Notes under the pieces: generated by a model
Told to the model about the DNA's origin: nothing
What the model saw: the letters and a program-made list of their open reading frames with translations, nothing else
Database searches by the model: none
Shown here: piece after piece, positions 10,019-21,255 of the stretch
How positions within the stretch are numbered: position 1 is the stretch's first letter
Layout: every line of letters starts with the position of its first letter
Origin: an uncultured cyanobacterium
GTDB lineage: Bacteria; Cyanobacteriota; Cyanobacteriia; Cyanobacteriales; Cyanobacteriaceae
Assembly (NCBI GenBank): GCA_963710605.1
Contig: CAVQBA010000007.1
Span: 256,001-320,000, forward strand
DNA length: 64,000 nt
Direction of reading: 5' to 3'
Program-made: the position numbers and the translations under genes

Positions 10019-11068
10019 TTATTTTGCAATACATTCTCTGAGTTTGCTTTTTAATTTTTCGCCATCGATATTTTTGCCAATCATTACAAATTGATTATTT
10101 TTGATGTCTGAATTTTCCCATTCTTCAGTGTCGATGTCGTATCTTCTTCCACTAAGTTGAAAAATATGTTTGAGTTTACTTTCTGCAAACCATAAAATTC
10201 CTTTCGCTCGATATACTCTATCCATAATCTCATCAGTGATAAAGTTCTGAAACTTAGCAACATTAAAAGGACGATCGCATTCAAAAGAAACCGAAATAAA
10301 ACCATCAACCTCTAAATGATGGGAATGATGATGATGGTCACGATCGTGGTCGTGGTCATGATTATGTTCGTGGTGGTGATGTTTGTGATGCTCGTGGTCA
10401 TGATGATCATGTTCTGATTCTGTTTGTTGTTCTAAAGAATAATTATCAGAATTATGACTATCGATATCTAAAATCAAAGGTAAAGGTAATTTACCATACT
10501 CAGAATAAAGGATTTTCGCTCCATTTTTCATTTCGTTGACCTGTTTTTCTAATTGCTCTACCTTCGATGGAGAAACTAGATCGACTTTGTTCACAACCAA
10601 AATATCTCCATAGATAACTTGTTGTAAAGCCGCTTCACTTTCAAAATGTTCTGGGGTAAAATTTTCTGCATCAATTAGAGTCAAAACAGAATCAAGACGG
10701 ACAAAATCTCTTAATTCAGGGCTAATAAAAGTTAAAGCGATCGGTAAAGGATCGGCAACACCACTAGTTTCCACGATTAAATAATCAATTTTTCGATCGC
10801 TTTCTAAAACTTGAAAAACAGTACTCAATAAATCATCGTTAATGGTGCAACAAATACAACCATTACTCAGACTTAACATATTTTCTTCGATCGAAACGAG
10901 TAGTTTACTGTCAATATCAATATCACCAAATTCATTGACAATGATTGCTACTTTTAAATCTTGATTGTTAGTCAAAATGTGATTGAGTAGAGTTGTCTTA
11001 CCGCTACCAAGAAAACCCGTAATAACCGTAACAGGCAAACCTCTTTTAGGTATAACTAAACTATCCAT
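10019..11068 (-). CDS. COG0523 (CobW/ZigA-like) zinc metallochaperone GTPase
   Basis: TGFLGSGKTT, NEFG, GCICC, ETSG, NKVD, His-rich insert, YRAKG. Confidence 0.95.
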   Translation of the reverse strand: MDSLVIPKRGLPVTVITGFLGSGKTTLLNHILTNNQDLKVAIIVNEFGDIDIDSKLLVSIEENMLSLSNGCICCTINDDLLSTVFQVLESDRKIDYLIVETSGVADPLPIALTFISPELRDFVRLDSVLTLIDAENFTPEHFESEAALQQVIYGDILVVNKVDLVSPSKVEQLEKQVNEMKNGAKILYSEYGKLPLPLILDIDSHNSDNYSLEQQTESEHDHHDHEHHKHHHHEHNHDHDHDRDHHHHSHHLEVDGFISVSFECDRPFNVAKFQNFITDEIMDRVYRAKGILWFAESKLKHIFQLSGRRYDIDTEEWENSDIKNNQFVMIGKNIDGEKLKSKLRECIAK

Positions 11069-11344
11069 AAATTACTAAAAAAAAATTAAAATAAATTGTT
11101 TTGTAGTTGTGAAACCCAACCGATAATTATCGATCGTTCTATCATTATCAACGATTGAAAGTAGGACTTAAAGGAACGCCGATCGAGAAGTTAAAAGTCT
11201 TAACAGTTAACAGGTACGATATTCCCTATTACTTCATCCTTCATCCTTTGTGAGGTTGGGTAAAGACGAATCTTTACTACGACCGATCGAGGATTGAGGT
11301 TCAGTGTATGTCATAAACATTATATTGGAGAGAATACTTAATAA

Positions 11345-11359
11345 TGATAATCGTTATCA
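11345..11359. promoter_or_regulatory. Zur box upstream of the COG0523 operon
   Basis: TGATAATCGTTATCA, 1 mismatch to TGATAATNATTATCA. Confidence 0.85.
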
Positions 11360-11684
11360 TCTATTTTGACAACTATCTGGACAGATTAAGGTTACTTTTA
11401 GATTCGCTTTGACTAATGATTAATGTTTTGATCTTAGCTAGATATACAATTGTAATTCCTTTTTCTTCTAAAATTGAACGAAGACGATTTTGTTAGATAG
11501 AATTTCAGACTTAACAAGTATTTCATTACTAGTTAAATCGATCGAGCTTTAGCTTCTACATAAGTAAATATCAAAAAGTAGATCGTCTCAAAACAATTAT
11601 GTCAACTATCGATTAAATTTCGTCTTAACTAATACTTTAACCAGACTTATAATAGTATGATCGATAGTTTTTAAAAAGTTTATT

Positions 11685-11936
11685 ATGAATACGATTACTG
11701 CCAATCAGCTTAAAACAAAAGGTGTCTCAATAATTGAAAGTGAACTAGCTAAAGAAACCGAACTAGTTATTACTGTCCGTGGTCAAGAAAAATTTGTGGT
11801 CATGGATATGGAGCAATATAATTATCTGCGTGAATGTGAACTTGAGTCAGCATTACATGAAGCAAAAGCAGATTATCAGAAAGGAAATTTTGTTACTGAA
11901 AGTGTGGAAAAACACATTGAGAGACTGACAAAATGA
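11685..11936 (+). CDS. Phd/YefM family antitoxin
   Basis: ITANQLKT, VITVRG..FVVM; ATGA overlap with the toxin. Confidence 0.85.
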   Translation: MNTITANQLKTKGVSIIESELAKETELVITVRGQEKFVVMDMEQYNYLRECELESALHEAKADYQKGNFVTESVEKHIERLTK

Positions 11937-12208
11937 ATTTTCAGTTAATCTATACAAACAGTTATATAAAAAGAGCAAAAAGATTTTTTAAAACACATCC
12001 TGAATTATCCAGACAATATGAAAAAACACTAAAGCTATTAGAAATTAATCCTCAACATCCTTCTTTACGACTACATCAACTCAAGGGAAAATTAAACAAC
12101 CTTTATTCCGTATCAATCAATATTTCCTATCGAATCACACTTGAGTTTTATTTCAAAAATCAAGAAATTGTATTGGTTAATGTTGGTCACCATGACGAAG
12201 TCTATTGA
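11933..12208 (+). CDS. RelE/YafQ-like mRNA interferase toxin
   Basis: HPSLRLHQLKG, YRITLEF, VGHHDEVY. Confidence 0.88.
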   Translation: MNFQLIYTNSYIKRAKRFFKTHPELSRQYEKTLKLLEINPQHPSLRLHQLKGKLNNLYSVSINISYRITLEFYFKNQEIVLVNVGHHDEVY

Positions 12209-12431
12209 TTGTCTATTTATTCCTTCTTCTATTATCTATCTTATAAAGTGTTTTGAGCGTTAACTTAACCGAAGAAGCGATCGCTAAAAATAAAAAAGTA
12301 GGGAGTAGTTAAACAACGTACAACCCAACAAATCTAACTCATCAAAATCTAAAAAATATTAAGCATCGATCGAACAGTGGCACTAAAAAGCCCGATCGCA
12401 TCCCTAACTGTTTTCAAAAACAAGAAATGAT

Positions 12432-12698
12432 ATGATTAAACAGTGTAAATTGCTAAATTTATCTGAAATTATGGTGTTAAGTAAAGAGAATTTTAATTTT
12501 CAAGAGGCGATCGAAATTATAGAATCTTTGTCTGATGATGAACAAGAACATTTGATTAAAATTATCAACCATCGTCTCAAACAAAAAGAAAAAGAAGAAT
12601 TATTACAAGCAGTAAGAGAGTCTCGTGAGGCTTTTATGAAAGGAGAAGTCAAAAGTGGAACGGTAAAAGATTTAATGGCAGATTTAGAAGAAGAATAA
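12432..12698 (+). CDS. Putative antitoxin
   Basis: Small acidic protein ending SGTVKDLMADLEEE directly upstream of a YafQ-like gene. Confidence 0.7.
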   Translation: MIKQCKLLNLSEIMVLSKENFNFQEAIEIIESLSDDEQEHLIKIINHRLKQKEKEELLQAVRESREAFMKGEVKSGTVKDLMADLEEE

Positions 12699-12976
12699 AA
12701 TTATTTTGGAGTCAAAGATTCATTAGAGATTTTAAACGCTTGATTCGCAAAAATCCCCAAATGCGTGATGCCGTTGAAACAACTTTGACAATTCTGGCTG
12801 AAGATTATACGCAACCAAGTTTAAGAAGTCATAAATTGAAGGGTGATTTACAAGGATGTTGGTCATGTTCCATTGATTATGGTAACAGAATTATTTTTGA
12901 GTTTGTGACCAATCTAGATGATAATAATGTAGCTATAAATTTATTGACTTTAGGTTCTCACGATGATGTTTATTAA
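12695..12976 (+). CDS. YafQ/RelE family toxin; expected start codon reads ATA
   Basis: Open frame from 12695 (xKLFWSQRFIRDFKRLIRKNP...PSLRSHKLKG...LGSHDDVY); track starts it at TTG 12740. Confidence 0.8.
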   Translation: MKLFWSQRFIRDFKRLIRKNPQMRDAVETTLTILAEDYTQPSLRSHKLKGDLQGCWSCSIDYGNRIIFEFVTNLDDNNVAINLLTLGSHDDVY

Positions 12977-13216
12977 AAAGTTATAAAATCTCAAGATAAA
13001 ATCAACAATACTCAAATCAAAAAAACAAAATGATGAGTGAATATTTTAATGTCGTCAAATATGGTTTTTTTGCCATCACCTAAAGTTACAATTTCTGAAG
13101 CATTGCATCTTGCCAAAAATGAAGAAAAATAAAAAAACTATCATATACGGGTTGAACAATGTTCAACCCCTACTTACTTAAAACTTATTACTTATCAACC
13201 ACCATTTAATCCGAAT

Positions 13217-14228
<1,012 letters not shown>

Positions 14229-14249
14229 TAAAAAGCCAAATAATGAAAT

Positions 14250-14284
14250 TGATAATCATTATTGTATTATAAAAATGATTATCA
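14250..14284. promoter_or_regulatory. Two Zur boxes between divergent hemB and FAD oxidoreductase
   Basis: TGATAATCATTATTG (14250-14264, exact reverse complement of the znuA/C box) and TAAAAATGATTATCA (14270-14284). Confidence 0.8.
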
Positions 14285-14298
14285 TTCTTATTTTAGTT

Positions 14299-15513
14299 GT
14301 GGAATTACCGAAGTATATCGATCTAGCTATTATCGGAGCAGGAGTTCAGGCTTTAACTTTAACTACGCATTTATTACAAAAAAGTGCGAAACATTATCAT
14401 AAATTCATAGTTTTCGATCCTAGTCAAACTTGGATGAGACAATGGCAACAACAATTTGCCGCACAACAAATACCTTATTTACGATCGCCTGCTGTCCATC
14501 ATCCAGATCCTAATCCTCATCAATTGAGAACCTTTGCCGAAAATCGCCATAACGAGCTATTTCCGCCCTATGACAGACCCGGAACAAAGCTTTTTAATGA
14601 TTTTTGTCAGGAAGTAATTCGTCGTTGGCAATTAGCCGATAATAAGATTTATCCAGCTAAAGTAATCCAGATTATCGCCAACAAACAAGCTTCTCATTCT
14701 CGGTTTCAATTAGTTTTAGAAACAGGTGAAACGATCGTTGCCCGTAAAGTTGTATTGGCAACGGGGAGCGGAAAAACTCAACTTCCTGATTGGGTAGAAA
14801 AAATTACCTCTAATTATCCCTCAGACAAGTTATGTCACTCTCAACAGGTCAACTTAGAGCGGCTTAACCTCAGAGGAGAAAGTATCTTAATTATTGGTGG
14901 AGGCTTAACTAGCGGACATTTAGCTAAAGGTGCGATCGAATTAGGAGCAACCGTGACTTTAATGACGAGAAAGCAGTTACAAGCAAAAATCTTTGATGCT
15001 GACCCCTGTTGGTTAGGTCCTAAATGCCTCAAGCAGTTTCACGCTCAAACAGATTGGTATCTGCGTTACCAACAAATTCAAGAAGCACGTAATGGTGGTT
15101 CGATGACTCCTGAAATGCTGTCAAAATTACGCAAAGCCTCTAATCGAGGGAAGATAACGATCGATGAAAACTGTCAAGTAAGTTCGGCACAATGGCAAGA
15201 TTCTTGTTGGCAAGTTAGTTGTCTTGATGGCAATCGACATCAGTTTAACCGCATTTGGTTGGCTACGGGAACGAAATTTGATGTTACCGAACATCCTTTA
15301 TTAAAAGATGTCTTAAAAACTTATCCCACCCAAATAGTTAACGGTTTACCTGTTCTCGATCGACATTTACGTCTGCGGTTGTCTAACTTTTTTATTATGG
15401 GTGGCTTGGCGGCTTTGCAAATTGGACCTGTAGCGAGAAATATCGGCGGTGGGAAAATGGCGGCAGATTTAATTGTTCCAGCGATCGTTAAATCTAGTTT
15501 GGCGATCGCTTAG
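14299..15513 (+). CDS. FAD/NAD(P)-binding oxidoreductase (flavin monooxygenase-like)
   Basis: IIGAG, LRSP, VVLATG, IIGGGLT, WLATG; start moved to GTG 14299 because the ATG at 14275 lies inside a Zur box. Confidence 0.85.
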   Translation: MELPKYIDLAIIGAGVQALTLTTHLLQKSAKHYHKFIVFDPSQTWMRQWQQQFAAQQIPYLRSPAVHHPDPNPHQLRTFAENRHNELFPPYDRPGTKLFNDFCQEVIRRWQLADNKIYPAKVIQIIANKQASHSRFQLVLETGETIVARKVVLATGSGKTQLPDWVEKITSNYPSDKLCHSQQVNLERLNLRGESILIIGGGLTSGHLAKGAIELGATVTLMTRKQLQAKIFDADPCWLGPKCLKQFHAQTDWYLRYQQIQEARNGGSMTPEMLSKLRKASNRGKITIDENCQVSSAQWQDSCWQVSCLDGNRHQFNRIWLATGTKFDVTEHPLLKDVLKTYPTQIVNGLPVLDRHLRLRLSNFFIMGGLAALQIGPVARNIGGGKMAADLIVPAIVKSSLAIA

Positions 15514-15633
15514 CACCGTGCTTTCAGAATAGACATCTTTTCATAATTGTCAAAATCAGAGTTTTTTATCCCAATTCAAATAAAATTTGCGACAGTTGTT
15601 GTCAGTAACTCCCCAAGTCTCCCCTTCCCAAGG

Positions 15634-15682
15634 CAGGGCTGTTTCATGTCTTATTTTTGTAATTTCTACAATGCCAGAAATA
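15634..15682. mobile_element. Orphan IS terminal remnant (CAGGGCTGTTTCAT..., ISAs1-like end); second copy 56585-56633
   Basis: About 49-bp near-identical copies 41 kb apart; no transposase adjacent; family assignment from memory of ISAs1 ends. Confidence 0.55.
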
Positions 15683-16014
15683 GCAGTAAATTTAGCCGTT
15701 TTTTTCTAATAGTAAAACTATCATGTATCTAAATCGCTCGATCGAGTATATTTATTGTGAGCAGATAGCTATTTATAGTGAATAATAAACAGTTATTCTC
15801 GCACTCTCTCAATTCTTTTACTGAACAATTCTCAATTCTTAAAGCTATACATATCGATCGTTTTTGATTAAACTAAGTTTATTAATTGTAGTTAACACTA
15901 ATTACTCTTCATCTTTGATGGCTTAATTTTCGATCTAATTTATCTAACTAAATCTCATTGAAAATCGCCATTTTGACTTTAAATTAATTATTATTAACTT
16001 ACTCTCACTTACTT

Positions 16015-16542
16015 TTGACTATGTCCAAAGCTATTATATTACAACCAGATTTGGTTTTAGGAGATGTTATCATTCACCTGACACCACAGTTAATTCAAAA
16101 ACATAATCTCAAAGGTTTGATTTTAGACGTAGATGAAACATTAGTGCCTTGGCGAACAACACAACTATCTCCTGAATTAATCGAATGGGCAAAAAATATT
16201 CGTCAATATACAGATTTATGGCTGGTTAGTAACAACATCAGTGAAAGTCGAATTGCTAAAATTGCGGCTGAGATTGATGTTCCTTTTTTTCATGGTGCGA
16301 GAAAACCTTCTCGCCGTAAATTGAAAACTGCCGCACAACAAATGAATCATCCTTTAAACGAAATTGCTATGGTAGGCGATCGTATTTTTACTGATGTATT
16401 AGCAGGTAATCGTTTAGGTTTATTTACTATTCTCGTTGAACCAATGATTACCCCTGGAGAGCATAAACGCAGACTTTTTTCAATTCGTAATTTTGAAGTC
16501 TGGATCTCCCAAAAATTGGGGGTTTCTCTTTACAATACTTAA
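16015..16542 (+). CDS. YqeG family HAD IIIA phosphatase
   Basis: LDVDETL, VSNN, RKP, MVGDRIFTDVLAGNRLG. Confidence 0.92.
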   Translation: MTMSKAIILQPDLVLGDVIIHLTPQLIQKHNLKGLILDVDETLVPWRTTQLSPELIEWAKNIRQYTDLWLVSNNISESRIAKIAAEIDVPFFHGARKPSRRKLKTAAQQMNHPLNEIAMVGDRIFTDVLAGNRLGLFTILVEPMITPGEHKRRLFSIRNFEVWISQKLGVSLYNT

Positions 16543-16709
16543 TATTAGCTTACATTTGTTAATAAATAAGTACAATTATTCATCAAATATAAAAAAAGTA
16601 TTAAGAAAATCAAGTTTGATGTCGAAACGTGTCATTATAGCTAATGAAGATAAATTGAGGTCAGCACAAATAAAGACCTTAAAAATATATAATTTAATAT
16701 AAAAAAAAC

Positions 16710-16747
16710 GAAGGCATCTCTCTTAATATTTAAAAGAGGTGCTTTTA
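16710..16747. terminator. Probable bidirectional intrinsic terminator
   Basis: AAGGCATCTCT...AGAGGTGCTTTT stem with A-run before and T-run after. Confidence 0.6.
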
Positions 16748-17139
16748 ATATTTGTCTTTTTTCTTAATTTAAGTTCATTATTCTACACATTTTCTTTTTT
16801 TGGTTTTGAATTAACTAAAACTATCTTTCTTGGTTTTGAATAAATTATCGATACAAGCTTAAGTAATAAGGATAGGTTATACAAAGTTAAGAATAATCTA
16901 AGATATAGTAAGCTGTAATAACCATTTGGCGAGTAATCGAGTTATTATAGAAACAAGAATCAAACTTTGGTTTGAGAAGAATAAAAAATACGGAACATGA
17001 TTAATCAATTGGTGGTCATCTGGTATAACTTTGTATAGAAAAAATTAACTATTTTCCTGTATTGCCAATTAATTACGAAACAAAAAAAGCATTACGGGAA
17101 TCTGACTGCAACTGAAAAAATTTATTCACAATACCGAAT

Positions 17140-17955
17140 ATGCTTAAATCATTAATTTCGCACAAATTATCTATTCTTATCTTGACAACTGTGTCAACTA
17201 TATTGCCTTTAAGTTCGGCTAATGCCAATACCTTCCAAGAAACGGAAGTTAATCAAGAAGGTTTTATTGCGATCGCACAACCGTTTGGAGAAAATAAATA
17301 TAACTTGATTGTAATTGAACAAATACCTGAAAAAGATACTTGTTGGAATGAAGACGCAGAGAGTGAAAATCCAGTCAATGTAGATTTGTTATTAATCAAT
17401 TTCGATTTTAGTGGTCATTGTCGTCGTAGTACTGATGCTAATGGTTATTCCATCCGTTATGATGGTGAAGACTACGGATTAGATTTCCTTCTAACTTTAA
17501 CCGAAATTGATGGCGAGTTAGTTTTGATGGGTAGTAATAGAAGTAATCCTCGTCAACCACCAATTATTGTTGGTACATCCGACGGATTAAACGGACAACC
17601 AATGAAAATCAAACTAAACCCCGGATGGCGTTTTACAAAAAGAACTTATGAGGGTAAAGTTTTAGGTCATGTTTATTTTAGCTATGATTCTGCTTCTGTT
17701 ATACCGATAACTGAAGAAATAGAAGAAATAGAAGAAATAGAAGAAATGAACAATAATATTGATATGTCTGTACCAGAACAATTAGAAGATGATCTACAAC
17801 TAGATATTGAGGATAATACCCCAGTACCAGAAACATCGGAAATTAGAGAGATAATTGCACCTGAAATTGAACCGCTAAAACAAATGAAGAAATCGACTAG
17901 CAGAAAATTTTCTTCAATGAATAAAAGCAAAATACAATATATCAACAGTAAATAA
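17140..17955 (+). CDS. DUF3747 domain secreted protein
   Basis: Signal peptide; LLINFDFSGHCRRSTDANGYS, GWRFTKRTYEGKVLGHVY; acidic low-complexity tail. Confidence 0.8.
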   Translation: MLKSLISHKLSILILTTVSTILPLSSANANTFQETEVNQEGFIAIAQPFGENKYNLIVIEQIPEKDTCWNEDAESENPVNVDLLLINFDFSGHCRRSTDANGYSIRYDGEDYGLDFLLTLTEIDGELVLMGSNRSNPRQPPIIVGTSDGLNGQPMKIKLNPGWRFTKRTYEGKVLGHVYFSYDSASVIPITEEIEEIEEIEEMNNNIDMSVPEQLEDDLQLDIEDNTPVPETSEIREIIAPEIEPLKQMKKSTSRKFSSMNKSKIQYINSK

Positions 17956-18153
17956 GATTTAACCCCACTTTTCTCTGGGTGGGGATTTGTGTTTCTTTGT
18001 TGTATTTAAAACTTTTCCTAACCCCTTTTTTTCGGTGAATATTAATCTCTCATCTGATGATTGAAATGGCTATAAATTAATATTATCGTTAATTACCAAT
18101 ATGTGTACTTTTTCTGATTAAAAAAGATTAAAGTCTTTACTAGAGAAGGTTTA

Positions 18154-20127
18154 TCAAGCTAATTCAGATAGATTGAGCCATTCTTCTGTTTTATCGTCTA
18201 AATCTTTAGTTAATTTATTCAGTTTTGCGGTACATTGATTTAACTCTTCATAGTCTAGATTACCGGCATAGATTTTCTGTTCTAATTCTGCTTTTTGTTT
18301 TTCTAATTTAGGAATCGTGGTATTTTCTAGTTTTTCCAATTCTCTTTGTTGATAACTAGATAATTTTTTAGCTGACTTACTTGGTGATGATTTGGTTGAT
18401 GACTTAGTTGATGATTTAGTTTTACTAACTACTTTTTTTGCTGTTTTAGTGGTTGTTTTTTTGGTGGTTGTTTCTTGCTCTTGTTGTGCTTGTTTAAGTT
18501 CGTATTCTTCTTGTTTTTTATATTCCAAATAAACAGAATAATTACCGGGATATTGTTTAATGCCGCCTTTACCATCAAGAGCGAAAATAGTATCTACAGT
18601 ACGATCGAGAAAATATCGATCGTGAGCGACAACAATCACACAACCGGCAAAAGATTCGATATACTCTTCTAATACAGATAATGTTTGTACATCCAAATCA
18701 TTAGTTGGTTCATCTAAAATCAAGACATTAGGGTTACTAATTAAAATACGGAGTAAAAAAAGACGGCGTTTTTCTCCCCCAGACAATTTTTCGATCGGTG
18801 CATATTGCTGATTTGGAGTAAACAAAAATCTTTCTAACAACTGCGATGCACTTATCTGTTTCCCTTCTCCTGTCTCCACAAAACTGGCAACGTCTTTGAT
18901 ATATTCCATCACTCGTTGTTGATTCTCTTTAGCCGTAATCAAATTCTCGGAATACTGATCAAAATAACCAATTTTAATCGTGCCACCAATCTCGATTCTG
19001 CCGCTATCAGGAGTAATATTTTCTAAAATCAAATTCATTAAAGTCGATTTTCCTGCCCCATTAGCCCCAATAATACCGACTCGCTCATTGGGGACAAATT
19101 CATAACTAAAATCTTTAATTAAAGTCCGATCGTCAAAAGATTTGCTAACATTATGAAATTCAATCACCTTCTTACCAATCCGCCGAGAAGGAGTATCAAT
19201 CTCTACCTTTTGTTGAACTTGCTTAAACTCTCGCTCTTGCATCTGTCCAATTCTTTGGATTCTTGCTCTTTGCTTCGTGCTTCGTGCTTTTGCACCTCTT
19301 TGTAGCCATTTTAATTCTCTACGTAACACCCCTTGATGTTTCTTTTGGCTACTAGCAGTCGATTCTTCTTCCAGTGCTTTTTTTTCTAAATAATATGTAT
19401 AGTTACCGTTGTAGTTATACATCTCACCTTGATCGATTTCGAGAATACGGTTGGTGACTCGATCGAGAAAATAACGATCGTGAGTAATTAATAATATTGC
19501 CCCTGAAAATTTTTGTAAGTATCCTTGTAACCATTCCACCGATTGGGCATCAAGATGGTTAGTCGGCTCATCCATTAACAACAAATCAGGCTCAGCCATC
19601 AAAGCCGCCGCTAAAGCAACTCGTTTACGATAACCTCCTGATAAATCACCCATTCGAGCCGAAAAATCATCAATACCTAATTTATCAAGAATAATTTTAG
19701 CGTTAGTTTCCAAATCCCAAGCATTAAGGATATCAATTTTTTCTGTAACCTCAGCCAGTTTACTCATCAACTGTGGTTGTGTTTGCTCATTGCATCCAGA
19801 AGCCAAGCGTTGCGATATATCTTCATAATCCCTGATTAATTGCATCTGCTCACTACAATAGGCAAAGACTTGTTCTAAGACGTTATTCTCAGGAACGATA
19901 TCAGGTTGCTGAGGAAGATAGATTATTTTTGCCCCAGATTTAACAACTATTTCTCCTGCATCTGCTATTTCAATTCCTGCTAGTATTTTTAATATCGTTG
20001 ATTTACCTGAACCATTGACACCGATTAAACCAACTTTATCTCCTTCTTCAATGCTAAAACTTGCGTCTTTGAGTATTTCTTTGATCCCAAAGTCTTTTTT
20101 TAATGATTTGATGGTTATAATCGTCAT
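18154..20127 (-). CDS. ABC-F family ATPase (Uup-like)
   Basis: Two ABC domains (GVNGSGKST, LSGG, DEPTN twice), no TM helices, coiled-coil C-terminus. Confidence 0.92.
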   Translation of the reverse strand: MTIITIKSLKKDFGIKEILKDASFSIEEGDKVGLIGVNGSGKSTILKILAGIEIADAGEIVVKSGAKIIYLPQQPDIVPENNVLEQVFAYCSEQMQLIRDYEDISQRLASGCNEQTQPQLMSKLAEVTEKIDILNAWDLETNAKIILDKLGIDDFSARMGDLSGGYRKRVALAAALMAEPDLLLMDEPTNHLDAQSVEWLQGYLQKFSGAILLITHDRYFLDRVTNRILEIDQGEMYNYNGNYTYYLEKKALEEESTASSQKKHQGVLRRELKWLQRGAKARSTKQRARIQRIGQMQEREFKQVQQKVEIDTPSRRIGKKVIEFHNVSKSFDDRTLIKDFSYEFVPNERVGIIGANGAGKSTLMNLILENITPDSGRIEIGGTIKIGYFDQYSENLITAKENQQRVMEYIKDVASFVETGEGKQISASQLLERFLFTPNQQYAPIEKLSGGEKRRLFLLRILISNPNVLILDEPTNDLDVQTLSVLEEYIESFAGCVIVVAHDRYFLDRTVDTIFALDGKGGIKQYPGNYSVYLEYKKQEEYELKQAQQEQETTTKKTTTKTAKKVVSKTKSSTKSSTKSSPSKSAKKLSSYQQRELEKLENTTIPKLEKQKAELEQKIYAGNLDYEELNQCTAKLNKLTKDLDDKTEEWLNLSELA

Positions 20128-20375
20128 TAGTAATTTATCTTTTTGTTGCGATTAGCTCAAGTCAAAATACTTTTCACAACTTATGTTTATGTCAAATTTT
20201 GACCTTCAATCTTATATTGTAACTTGACTAGCTAACAAATATTGAGAGGTTTTCTTTTGGGTATTTGATAATTGAAACAGTCACAAAAAACGATCGTAAC
20301 TTAGGTATCAAATCAATTGAATAGAGAATGTCTGTTTTCGCTAAAATGTACAAAATAGTCATTTTATTATTAGCA

Positions 20376-20639
20376 ATGAAAACTTACACCTTAACTCAAA
20401 CTCGCAATCAACATGGGGAAGTTTTTGATAAAGCCCAAGTTGAGCCAGTATTAATTACAAAGCAAAAAAGACCAACTCATGTAATTATATCAGCCGAAAC
20501 TTATCAACAACTAATCACTAGACTAGAAGAATTGGAGGATTTTAATTTAGGTAATACAGCTCAAAATGCGATTAGCCAATCATCAATGGTAGGAAGCGAA
20601 GAATTTACTGCTATCTTAGAGAAAATAGCTAATGGCTAA
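20376..20639 (+). CDS. Phd/YefM family antitoxin
   Basis: MKTYTLTQTRNQHGEVFDKA..EPVLITK; start placed at ATG 20376. Confidence 0.85.
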   Translation: MKTYTLTQTRNQHGEVFDKAQVEPVLITKQKRPTHVIISAETYQQLITRLEELEDFNLGNTAQNAISQSSMVGSEEFTAILEKIANG

Positions 20640-20913
20640 ACTAGATGGATTACAAGCAGTATTAGATTTTTTAAAGAATTTACAACCAAAAATCGCCGCT
20701 CAAATAGCTAAAAAAACATTATCTCTTAATATTAATCCTTTACCCACAGATAGTAAAAAGCTGAAAGGATATTCTAATTATTATCGAGTAGATAGTGGTG
20801 AATATCGTATTGTTTATCGTTATTTACCCGAAGACGATTTAGTAGAAGTAATTTTAGTCGGCAAACGTAATGATGATGATGTCTATAAAAAATTAGCTCG
20901 TTTACTAAAATAA
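20632..20913 (+). CDS. RelE/ParE family toxin
   Basis: KKLKG, YRVDSGEYRIVY, GKRNDDDVYK; overlaps the antitoxin. Confidence 0.9.
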   Translation: MAKLDGLQAVLDFLKNLQPKIAAQIAKKTLSLNINPLPTDSKKLKGYSNYYRVDSGEYRIVYRYLPEDDLVEVILVGKRNDDDVYKKLARLLK

Positions 20914-21255
20914 TATATTAGTATTTATTAGTTTTTCTCTGATTAACATAGCAGGGTTGATTCATTTTAGGAAGCAAAAAATAGCTAGAAGCTAAAAATA
21001 AATAGCTAGAAGCTATTACTAGAGAACGATCGAACGGCTTATTTGGTACATATATTTTAAATTTTGCCTTTAATCTAATTATTTTTTTAGCTTAGATAAC
21101 AACTATATTAAATATATCTAAGGCTTTAACTACGATCGAATAATTTATGTCGGCTAATTGTAAGGTGATTATTTTCTTTTCAACTTGTCAAACTAAATAA
21201 CAAACTTGATTCAGAATATCGATCGAAAGCTGTTATATCTAAAACAAATACTTTT

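Noticed and set aside
15547-15732. 61-aa ORF
   Set aside because: Spans a dispersed repeat and IS-end remnant; no coding signature
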